Part shown: positions 10,179 to 18,790 of the stretch, piece after piece
Layout: every line of letters begins with the position of its first letter
Numbering within the stretch: position 1 is the stretch's first letter
Assembly (NCBI GenBank): GCA_964602715.1
Contig: CAZRSB010000002.1
Span: forward strand, 1,309 to 65,308
Source of the DNA: an uncultured Thermoplasmata archaeon
GTDB taxonomy: Archaea; Thermoplasmatota; Thermoplasmata; Halarchaeoplasmatales; Halarchaeoplasmataceae
Reading direction: 5' to 3'
DNA length: 64,000 nt
The notes under the pieces: generated by a model
What the model was told of the DNA's origin: nothing
Databases searched by the model: none
The model's input: the letters and a program-made list of their open reading frames with translations, nothing else
Program-made: the position numbers and the translations under genes

Positions 10179-13100
10179 ATGGTGTATAAAATGGTAAGAT
10201 GGGAAGATTTCAAGGCAGATGCGATAGAACTATTTAAAGAATTCAAAAGGCATAAAATCGGTTGGGTTGGCGTTGGTATAATTGCATTTTTGGTGATTAT
10301 ATCCCTCCTAGCGCCGGTGATAGCGGGTGGAATTCCTGATGACTGGAGAGCAGGAGCTGATAGATGGCGCGGCAATCCTGCTCAGTCCCCTCCGGTTTGG
10401 ATGGATTGGATTACTCGTGATGATTATGCTCGACAGGAAGAGATCTTAGAATGGGATGATTACGAGTTCAGAGAAGCTGTTCGAGATGCTCCAACCGAGG
10501 CCGATTTAGAAGTTTCTAGGCTATTTCATGAGGCTGGAGTTAGACAGGTTAATCTGTCTGTTGAAGAAGATGGTGAATTAAAAACACTTGGAGATGCTTC
10601 ACTAGATGTCAACGTAGCCGAAAGAGAAGGTAAAGAGTATATCAACGTGACCGAATTTTCAGTGAGTTACGATGAGGCCGATCTTGAGCATCCTCCTGCC
10701 GAGGTAGAGATCAATGCTGAATTAGAACATGAAGGAGTTTTTGAAGCGGGTGGTGCTGAGAGAAAGGAATTCACATTAGATCGAACTCGATTTAGTGAGC
10801 TGGAACCGTCACCAGAAGAAGGAGAGATTTCAGACGAATTGACAGATGAGCTGATTGAAGGTCTCGATTATTTAGAAGAAGGTGATTTAGACGATGCGGA
10901 GCTATCTGAAGAATCAGAAAATGATGAAGAGGAATGGTACGTGAACGTAGACGGTGAGAGATTAGTTAGGATCGAACAGCCGGAAGAATATGCTTTTGAT
11001 ATGGAAGTAGATGAAGAATATCTTGAAGATGGTTATATCCGTCCAGCATTTAGAAGGGAGTTTGAAGAGAAATATGGTGAATACCTATTCAATTTTACAG
11101 CTGACGAATATGAATTAGAGGATGGAGAAATCTTGCCTGAAGAATTGCGTGAACAATTCCCAACAGCCATTCATGAAAACGCAAGTTTTTTAGAACAAGA
11201 TGGTATATGGTGGGTAACTGAAGAAGAGAGACGGTCATATAGGATAGATGTGGAAGATGGTATAAAGAACGTTTATGAACCTGAAACCTTAGATAATTTT
11301 GCGTTAAATCTTGAAGATAAAGATGAATTCCCTCTTGAGGAAGGCCCCATATCAGAAGAGCTTCGAGAAAATATTACAGAGGCAGGTCACGAATTACCAG
11401 CTGAATCGGAACTAGTCCATGTTGATGGAGAAGAATGGAGGATTGTTGTTGATATCGATATCGTAGATAAATGGGGTCGTCATATAGAGGAGTTCGAAGA
11501 AGCTCAATTCAGAATAGAAGAAACTGAAAGTATGCTACAAATTTATGAATTTGGCTCAGAGATATATGAAGAACATGGCACAAATTGGATCACAGCTGGT
11601 GATGGGGCAGAGTACAGGGTCGAAGAAGGTGAGGTACTGGATGTAGGTGAAACTGAGGTGTACGGAAAGTATATAGAGGAAATATCGCTCGATATGCCTG
11701 AAGGTGAAGAAATCGATGAAGATGTCTACACCTCTGAGTGGACGCTTGAGCCGGAAGAGAAAGTTGAGGATATCGAAATATTCCATACATTTAGATTTGA
11801 TGGACATTATGGAATACATTTGGGAGAACATAGTGAATTCTTCGTTTTAGGAGTGGGTAATGATATCATCGTCGATAGTCTAGATATTACTGAGATAGAC
11901 GCAGATGAGATGAGATATAATGCAGAGGTTGATTTGATCAGTCTTGTGGGAACTACTAGAGAAATACAGATTAGAGTCGAAAGGTTAGTGGATGAGGAAT
12001 GGCACCCAGTCGAAGGAGGTCAACATATATGGGAAGTTGGACCATATGAAGAAATTACAGAAGATTGGGAATTCAATTTTGATATCCCCGGAGAATACGC
12101 TTTCGTTATCGGAGAAGAAGAAGAAACTTTAGATCTGACAGAAGATGAGGAAGAGGATGATCCTGAAACTGCTTCTCGATCATCTCTAAGTTCTTCTGAA
12201 GAAGAATCTATCGATACAGCTTCTGCTGGTGATAACATAACTGTGGAAACGTTTGCCATCGATCCTGATGAAATCACACAGGGAGAACGTGCAACGATAA
12301 CAATAGAATTGAAAAATACAGGGGGAGAAGAAGAAGAGGTTATGTTAACTGTTGATGATGAAGAATTTAGAAGGATAGTACTTGCTCCTGGTGGAGACAT
12401 AGATAGACATACATTCTCATTTACATATGACATGCAGTATGACAGACTCCCAAGAGAGATGTATTTTTTCTTGAGCGGTCATTCTGATAGATACAACAGA
12501 CGAATGATTGAGATAGAGAGACCGGATTCTCAGGAACAAGTGAACGACGATTTCCCGGCTTTAGAGGACCAGAGACCATATATATTTTATGACAATAATG
12601 GACAACTCAGATTAGAAATTGCGGATAGAGGAGATGCAGTAGGAGAATTCGAAGATCGAGTGACTTTATATAGAAGGATGGGTGTTAGGCAGCAACTGCA
12701 TAGTGATGCAGATACATATCTTTCACATTCTCTATCAACTCCAGAATATGAGAATCTGACAATATTGGATCATATGGTTACCGATCCTTTTGAAATAATA
12801 TTTGGACAGGCCAATGAGAACTGGTTAAGCGGTGATCCTGATCCTTTGCAAGGAGAATACACTATAAATGTTACCTTAGAAGGTCAGAATCTCGAATTGG
12901 ACGAAGATGACACAAAAATAGACATAGGTGGTGCTGTATACGGTGTCTTAGGTACAGATAGACAAGGTCGTGATCTTTTCCTAGGATGGATATGGGGAGC
13001 TAGATACGGCTTATATGCCGGTGGCATTGTAGCCCTAGCAACTATAGCATTCTCTACAACCTATGGTATGACAAGTGCTTACTATGGCGGCTGGGTAGAT

Positions 13101-13625
13101 GAGATGATGTCAAGAATTCAGGAGATACTGATGGGCATTCCTACCTTGCCTATACTTATAATTCTTCTGCGATTCTGGAGCAGATCCATAAATGTGTTTG
13201 TTTTGGTCTATGCACTTTTAGCTTGGCGTGGTGCAGCAAGGGTGATTCGAGCTAGAGGATTACAGGTTGCTCAAGACACTTATATCGAAGCAGCCGAATC
13301 ACTTGGTTCTGGATCTTCGAGGATCATCTTTAAACATATGATTCCTGAGATTCTACCCTATTCGATTGCACAGGCCGCGCTGATGGTTCCAGTGGTTATA
13401 ATGGCTGAAGCTGGTATGCATATACTTGGACTTGGGGATCCTAATGTTGTCACTTGGGGAACTATCCTCGATGAAGCTAGAAGAGCAGATGCTCTCTTAG
13501 ACTACGAAAGATCGTGGTTCTGGATACTCTTCCCTGGACTTGGCATGGCTTTAGTTGGATTTGGATTCATATCTACCGGTATGGCCATTGAGAGGATTAT
13601 AAATCCAGAGATGCAGCAGAGGTGA
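10179..13625 (+). CDS. oppC: OppC/DppC-type ABC permease carrying a ~850-aa acidic extracellular insertion after TM1 (1148 aa in total)
   Basis: TM1 at aa ~25-48 (GVGIIAFLVIISLLAPVIAGG) is typical of the OppC N-terminus. The last ~290 aa (GGIVALATIAFSTTYG...IRARGLQVAQDTYIEAAESLGSG...) form a canonical OppC permease core with the EAA-like loop. In between lies a highly acidic, low-hydrophobicity domain. Confidence 0.75.
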   Translation: MVYKMVRWEDFKADAIELFKEFKRHKIGWVGVGIIAFLVIISLLAPVIAGGIPDDWRAGADRWRGNPAQSPPVWMDWITRDDYARQEEILEWDDYEFREAVRDAPTEADLEVSRLFHEAGVRQVNLSVEEDGELKTLGDASLDVNVAEREGKEYINVTEFSVSYDEADLEHPPAEVEINAELEHEGVFEAGGAERKEFTLDRTRFSELEPSPEEGEISDELTDELIEGLDYLEEGDLDDAELSEESENDEEEWYVNVDGERLVRIEQPEEYAFDMEVDEEYLEDGYIRPAFRREFEEKYGEYLFNFTADEYELEDGEILPEELREQFPTAIHENASFLEQDGIWWVTEEERRSYRIDVEDGIKNVYEPETLDNFALNLEDKDEFPLEEGPISEELRENITEAGHELPAESELVHVDGEEWRIVVDIDIVDKWGRHIEEFEEAQFRIEETESMLQIYEFGSEIYEEHGTNWITAGDGAEYRVEEGEVLDVGETEVYGKYIEEISLDMPEGEEIDEDVYTSEWTLEPEEKVEDIEIFHTFRFDGHYGIHLGEHSEFFVLGVGNDIIVDSLDITEIDADEMRYNAEVDLISLVGTTREIQIRVERLVDEEWHPVEGGQHIWEVGPYEEITEDWEFNFDIPGEYAFVIGEEEETLDLTEDEEEDDPETASRSSLSSSEEESIDTASAGDNITVETFAIDPDEITQGERATITIELKNTGGEEEEVMLTVDDEEFRRIVLAPGGDIDRHTFSFTYDMQYDRLPREMYFFLSGHSDRYNRRMIEIERPDSQEQVNDDFPALEDQRPYIFYDNNGQLRLEIADRGDAVGEFEDRVTLYRRMGVRQQLHSDADTYLSHSLSTPEYENLTILDHMVTDPFEIIFGQANENWLSGDPDPLQGEYTINVTLEGQNLELDEDDTKIDIGGAVYGVLGTDRQGRDLFLGWIWGARYGLYAGGIVALATIAFSTTYGMTSAYYGGWVDEMMSRIQEILMGIPTLPILIILLRFWSRSINVFVLVYALLAWRGAARVIRARGLQVAQDTYIEAAESLGSGSSRIIFKHMIPEILPYSIAQAALMVPVVIMAEAGMHILGLGDPNVVTWGTILDEARRADALLDYERSWFWILFPGLGMALVGFGFISTGMAIERIINPEMQQR

Positions 13626-13629
13626 AATT

Positions 13630-14745
13630 ATGGCGGACAATATTGTATTAGAAGTAGACGAATTGTGCACCTATTACTTGACTACAGATGGAGAAGTAAA
13701 AGCATTAGATGACGCCTCTTTCGAATTGGAAAGGGGTCAATCTATAGGCGTAGCGGGCGAATCGGGTTGTGGAAAGAGCACATTAGCTTTTTCCCTTTTG
13801 AACCAGGTTCAACCTCCAGGAGAGATAGTTGCAGGATCAATAGATCTAGATGGCATCGAAGTGACTGACCTTACTGAGAAAGAGTCTAGAGAGAAGATTC
13901 GTTGGAAGAAAGTATCTATGGTCTTCCAAGGAGCTATGGAGATCATGACTCCGGTCTATACTGTTGGGCATCAGATGACGGAACCTCTCAAATATCACAA
14001 AGGAGTTGATGGAAAACAAGCTAGACAGGTATGTGAGAGATATTTGGAATTGGTAAATCTAGGTCCAGAAATATTTGATAGGTATCCACACGAGCTCAGT
14101 GGAGGTCAGAAGCAGAGAGTTGTCATTGCTACAGCTCTTTTACTAGAGCCCAATTTGGTAATTCTTGATGAGCCAACCACAGCTTTAGATGTTGTAGTTG
14201 AAGCTAGGATCATGAACGACCTTAAGCGCTTAAAGAGAGAACTCGACATATCTATGATGTTTATCACCCACGATCTCAGTATTCTTGCTGAAGTTTCTGA
14301 TATTCTCGCAATCATGTATGCAGGATGGATAGTCGAATTAGGTTCAGCAACGACGATTTACAAAGATCCTAAGCATCCATATACAGAAAAATTGCTAGCA
14401 GCTATTCCAGACATAAGGACAGATATCGATCGTTTAGAGTATATCCCAGGTGTTCCTCCTAATCTGATCAATCCTCCTAGCGGTTGTAGATTCCACCCTA
14501 GGTGTCATAAAGCGATGGAGGTTTGCAGAGAGTTAGAACCTGAAAATTACAATGTTGACGGGGTTAAGGTAAAATGTCATCTATACAGTGAAGATGAATC
14601 TATAGCAGAAAGTGATGAAGCAGAATATGAGACAGCATATGATGATACTGAAGCCGCAGAAACTTACGAAGGGGAACTAGGTAAAGAGACGGTTGAGGAG
14701 CCTGAAGATATGGGAAAAGTTGAAGGAAGAACAACGGAGGTATAA
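13630..14745 (+). CDS. oppD: oligopeptide ABC transporter ATP-binding protein (OppD type) with an acidic C-terminal tail
   Basis: Walker A GESGCGKST, ABC signature LSGGQKQR and Walker B ILDEPTTALD. C-terminal Opp-type cysteine motif CRFHPRC. Confidence 0.85.
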   Translation: MADNIVLEVDELCTYYLTTDGEVKALDDASFELERGQSIGVAGESGCGKSTLAFSLLNQVQPPGEIVAGSIDLDGIEVTDLTEKESREKIRWKKVSMVFQGAMEIMTPVYTVGHQMTEPLKYHKGVDGKQARQVCERYLELVNLGPEIFDRYPHELSGGQKQRVVIATALLLEPNLVILDEPTTALDVVVEARIMNDLKRLKRELDISMMFITHDLSILAEVSDILAIMYAGWIVELGSATTIYKDPKHPYTEKLLAAIPDIRTDIDRLEYIPGVPPNLINPPSGCRFHPRCHKAMEVCRELEPENYNVDGVKVKCHLYSEDESIAESDEAEYETAYDDTEAAETYEGELGKETVEEPEDMGKVEGRTTEV

Positions 14746-14748
14746 AAA

Positions 14749-15777
14749 ATGCCAGAACCATTATTTAAAGCTAGAAATCTAACAAAGCACTTTGATATAA
14801 CTCAGGGCTTGATGCAGAAACTCAAAATGGCAGAGAAACAGAAAGTCAAAGCTGTAGATGGAATCGATTTCGATATCTATCGGAAGAGGAACTTCTCTAT
14901 AGTAGGTGAATCAGGATGTGGGAAAACTACTGTTGGTAAATTGATCATGCGTCTTCTTCAACCCACTGCTGGCGATATGTACATGAAGGGTAAGAATATC
15001 GCACAAATTAAAAGCAGAGAAGAATTGAAGGCCTATAGGAGGCAGACGCAGATTATATATCAGGACCCATTTTCATCTTTAGATCCACGACATAGGATCC
15101 GATCTGTTTTGGAGGAGCCTCTACAGATACACGACATCGGTGATTCTAGAGCAGAGAGAGATGATATGATACGTGAAGCTCTCGTTGAAGTAAGGCTAAC
15201 GCCACCAGAAAAATTCATGAGAAGATATCCACATATGCTTTCTGGAGGACAAAGACAAAGGGTGAGTCTGGCTAGAGCTATGATACTCAATCCGGACTTC
15301 ATCGTGGCGGACGAGCCAGTGTCGATGTTGGATGTTTCTGTCAGAGCAGAAGTCCTTAATTTGATGAAGGATTTAATAGACAAAGAGGATCTGACCTACT
15401 TCTACATCACACACGACATATCTACCACGAGATTCTTTACAGATTACATAGGCGTGATGTATCTAGGTGACATGGTAGAAAAAGGTAAGGTTGGAGATGT
15501 ACTTGATAATCCATCCCATCCTTATACGCAAGCTCTTTTAGTAGCGGTTCCTGAACCAGATCCTGAGAGCGTCAGAGGACAGAAAGAAGTGCCTATCAAG
15601 GGAGAGATTCCATCAGGTACTAACATACCAACTGGTTGTCGATTCCATCCACGATGTCCTCACGCTGAAGAGATATGCAGCAAGGAGGAGCCTGAACCAA
15701 AAGAAGTAGAGAAAGAGCATTTTGCGAGCTGTCACTTCGCTGGAGAGATAGACTTTGACCTTGACGTAGCAAAGTGA
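14749..15777 (+). CDS. oppF: oligopeptide ABC transporter ATP-binding protein (OppF type)
   Basis: Walker A GESGCGKTT, signature LSGGQRQR, Walker B VADEPVSMLD, and C-terminal CRFHPRCPHAEEIC. Confidence 0.85.
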   Translation: MPEPLFKARNLTKHFDITQGLMQKLKMAEKQKVKAVDGIDFDIYRKRNFSIVGESGCGKTTVGKLIMRLLQPTAGDMYMKGKNIAQIKSREELKAYRRQTQIIYQDPFSSLDPRHRIRSVLEEPLQIHDIGDSRAERDDMIREALVEVRLTPPEKFMRRYPHMLSGGQRQRVSLARAMILNPDFIVADEPVSMLDVSVRAEVLNLMKDLIDKEDLTYFYITHDISTTRFFTDYIGVMYLGDMVEKGKVGDVLDNPSHPYTQALLVAVPEPDPESVRGQKEVPIKGEIPSGTNIPTGCRFHPRCPHAEEICSKEEPEPKEVEKEHFASCHFAGEIDFDLDVAK

Positions 15778-15939
15778 CCGACTGATAGACTCAAAACAAA
15801 AATCCTTTTGCATTTTCTTTATTATTATTAATCTATTCATACCTGTGTTGGGTGCAAAAACTCTCAAAACATCAAAAAACTAAAATACCACGTCAAGGAA
15901 AGTAAGTTGTGAAAATAAAAATTAAGGATTGGTTAAAAT

Positions 15940-16701
15940 ATGTCAAAAGATAAACGGAAGAGTAAAAGTTTGTTGTTACGGATTTTAACCAATAAAGATA
16001 TTCAAAAGAGTGTAATCTTTTTTACTATAGCTTTGATTTTGTCCTTTGCTTCTATTCAAACCGTCACAGAAACTGATCGTACCCCGTCAGGGCAAGTTGA
16101 AGAAGATGAAACTGCATTTGAAAGTATTTATTATCCAACCATGATGGATTTGATAAATGCCACTCTTGAATTAAAAGCTGAAGAGACTGCCAACACGAGT
16201 TTTGAATTACTTGATGAAGATTTAGGTATATTGTATAGCAGCACGATAGAATTAGAGGAGGGAGAGGAGAAGGAAAAGTATTTACCGGATTTAAGAGATT
16301 TTGATCGTGGAAACTCCCCTTCATATCTAAATTTAACAGTAGAAAATGGTACTTTAAGTTATACGTACATAGTTAGTTATTCTAGAAGCCCCTATGGTTT
16401 ACTTTCCCTCCCGGCAATTTTTTTAGCTTTTTTGGGTTTAGTATTCGGCTTTAAAGGTAAAGGCCACATTTTAGGTGAAATAAAGGAAAGAAAATTAGAA
16501 GAAAAAGAGAGAGAGAAGACAACGGAACGAGTAGAATCTAAGGAGGATATTAGTCACTCTGAAGATGTAATATATAATGGAGGCGGTCAAAAGGGGGATA
16601 AATCTATCGAAGATACTGAAAAGGGAGATGCCAGTCATGTAGATTTTATGGGTATTAGTAGAGAAGATAACGAAGAATCTGATGGGGATGAAGAGGTCTG
16701 A
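15940..16701 (+). CDS. hypothetical membrane protein (N-terminal and C-terminal TM helices, K/E-rich cytoplasmic tail)
   Basis: TM at aa ~25-45 and ~150-170; no recognisable family. The next gene starts only 5 bp downstream. Confidence 0.4.
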   Translation: MSKDKRKSKSLLLRILTNKDIQKSVIFFTIALILSFASIQTVTETDRTPSGQVEEDETAFESIYYPTMMDLINATLELKAEETANTSFELLDEDLGILYSSTIELEEGEEKEKYLPDLRDFDRGNSPSYLNLTVENGTLSYTYIVSYSRSPYGLLSLPAIFLAFLGLVFGFKGKGHILGEIKERKLEEKEREKTTERVESKEDISHSEDVIYNGGGQKGDKSIEDTEKGDASHVDFMGISREDNEESDGDEEV

Positions 16702-16706
16702 TAAAT

Positions 16707-17129
16707 ATGTTGATTTATTTTAGTCATCCTGTTTTTACTTTTAATACCAAAACTGAAAGAAAATGTAAAGGTATTATCACCGAGTATCTTGAACCGAAGG
16801 ATATAATTGACCCTTCAGATTTTGGTATGAAACACGATCGAAAATCTGAACTCGAAAAAGCGGATGCTATTGTAGGTATGGCCGTTTCTTATTGCCTAAC
16901 TTATGCAGTTTGGAAAGAAATGAAGATTTGCAAAGAGACAGATGCAAAACTTTACACATTTATGGTAGAAAATAAAGAAAATATAGGTCCCTTAGTAAAA
17001 GGTGTTCCTGAAAATGTGAAAAAACTATCTAAAGCAGAATCAAAAAAATTTTCACATGAGATAACGAAAAGGGATTATAAGGATGGATTTATGACGATGC
17101 TTGTAGGCTCTCATAGGTCTCGATTTTAG
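16707..17129 (+). CDS. hypothetical non-acidic 140-aa protein; weak resemblance to the nucleoside 2-deoxyribosyltransferase-like (Rossmannoid) fold
   Basis: Starts MLIYFSHPVF...ADAIVGMA, reminiscent of the NDT-like pattern (kIYlAGP.f...aD.vVa). Lys-rich rather than acidic, which is atypical for this genome. Probably in an operon with 15940..16701. Confidence 0.25.
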   Translation: MLIYFSHPVFTFNTKTERKCKGIITEYLEPKDIIDPSDFGMKHDRKSELEKADAIVGMAVSYCLTYAVWKEMKICKETDAKLYTFMVENKENIGPLVKGVPENVKKLSKAESKKFSHEITKRDYKDGFMTMLVGSHRSRF

Positions 17130-17263
17130 ACTTTAAAAATCAAAGAAAAATCCTGTCTTTGACAATAATAGGGGTCTCTCATCTTTACATTGGTTAAGAA
17201 AACTTTCGTTTGTACAAGTACACTGAATATAGTTGGTTGATGGGCCCCACAATCCAAGATTTT

Positions 17264-18721
17264 TTACCCTTTCATTACTCCTATAGGTACTAGTTTAGCT
17301 AATATTTTAGATAGACCAGCGTTGTGAGTCACTTCGACCACCTTGTTAACGTCTTTATAAGCTCCTGGACTTTCTTCTTTTAATACCTTGTTACTAGCTG
17401 CTTTCACATAAATTCCTTTTTCCGCTAGTTCATCTTTGATCTTATTGACTCTAAATTTTTTTCTAGCTCCAGTTCTAGACATGGTTCTACCTGCGCCATG
17501 ACAGGTAGATCCCCAACTTCTCTTCATAGCGTTTTTTGTCCCCATCATCACATAACTAGCATTGCCCATATCACCAGGAATAATGACTGGTTGACCCACA
17601 TCTCTGTATTTGAGAGGAATTTCCTTTCGACCTGGAGCAAAGGCCCTTGTTGCCCCTTTTCTATGAACGATAACATCTTTTTTCTTTCCATCTACTTCAT
17701 GTTTCTCTTTTTTTGCAACATTATGGCATACATCGTATATCATCTCCATATCCATATCTTCAGCCTCTTCATCAAATACATCTTCAAAGCTTTCTCTGAC
17801 CCAATGCATGATCAGCTGTCGATTGGTCCATGCATAGTTAGCACCACAACTCATCGCTGAAAAATAATCTCTTCCTTCTGGTGAATCGAACGGTGCACAG
17901 GCTAATTGCTTGTCTGGTAGATCGATGTTGTATTTTCTGATCGCTTTTTCCATTTTATCTATGTAATCCGTAGCTATTTGATGGCCACAACCTCTTGAAC
18001 CGGTATGGATCATGACGGTGATCATCCCTTCTTCTAACCCTACGGCATCGGCGAGTTCATCATCAAAGATTTTATCTACTTTTTGGATCTCTAAAAAGTG
18101 ATTTCCTCCGCCCAATGTACCTAGTTGTGGGGCACCCCTTTCCTTAGCTTTCCTACTCACTTTAGATGAATTAGCACTTTCCATTCTTCCGTTATCTTCT
18201 ATGCGTTTTAGATCTTCTTCCCATCCGTAACTGTTTTCCACAGCCCATTCGACTCCACGATCAAGAACTTCTTCGAGTTCACCCTTTTTGAGCTTGACTC
18301 TACTTTTTTTTCCTACTCCCGCCGGGACATTATCAAACATTTTATTTATTAATGCTTTATTATTTTTCCTTACTCTATCTTCTTCTAAATTTGTTTTTAA
18401 TAATCTAACTCCACAATTTATATCGTAGCCTACACCACCTGGAGAGATCACTCCTTCTTCAGTATCCATGGCAGCGACTCCACCGATTGGAAATCCATAT
18501 CCCCAATGTATATCGGGCATGGCCTTTGAAGCACCGATGATCCCCGGTAATGTAGCAACATTAGCGACCTGTTCGGGAGCATTATCTCTTTTTATAGAAC
18601 TGATCAATTCGTCATCAGAAAAAATCCATCCATCGACTCTCATCATTTTATTATAGCTTTTCGGTATTGTATAAACATAATCAGAACTTTTTTTAAGAGG
18701 TCCTGTCCATCTTCTGCTCAT
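17264..18721 (-). CDS. rtcB: RNA-splicing ligase RtcB (tRNA-splicing ligase)
   Basis: 485 aa. Contains GGGNHFLEIQ and multiple His/Cys metal-binding motifs typical of RtcB. Confidence 0.9.
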   Translation of the reverse strand: MSRRWTGPLKKSSDYVYTIPKSYNKMMRVDGWIFSDDELISSIKRDNAPEQVANVATLPGIIGASKAMPDIHWGYGFPIGGVAAMDTEEGVISPGGVGYDINCGVRLLKTNLEEDRVRKNNKALINKMFDNVPAGVGKKSRVKLKKGELEEVLDRGVEWAVENSYGWEEDLKRIEDNGRMESANSSKVSRKAKERGAPQLGTLGGGNHFLEIQKVDKIFDDELADAVGLEEGMITVMIHTGSRGCGHQIATDYIDKMEKAIRKYNIDLPDKQLACAPFDSPEGRDYFSAMSCGANYAWTNRQLIMHWVRESFEDVFDEEAEDMDMEMIYDVCHNVAKKEKHEVDGKKKDVIVHRKGATRAFAPGRKEIPLKYRDVGQPVIIPGDMGNASYVMMGTKNAMKRSWGSTCHGAGRTMSRTGARKKFRVNKIKDELAEKGIYVKAASNKVLKEESPGAYKDVNKVVEVTHNAGLSKILAKLVPIGVMKG

Positions 18722-18790
18722 GGTTTCACATCCATTCCTCTAAAGTTGTTTTAGATTTAAATAATTTGGTATAGCACTTTGACCACACGA

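Noticed and set aside
17498-17860. 120-aa plus-strand ORF inside rtcB
   Set aside because: Antisense to a highly conserved gene; non-acidic composition; spurious.
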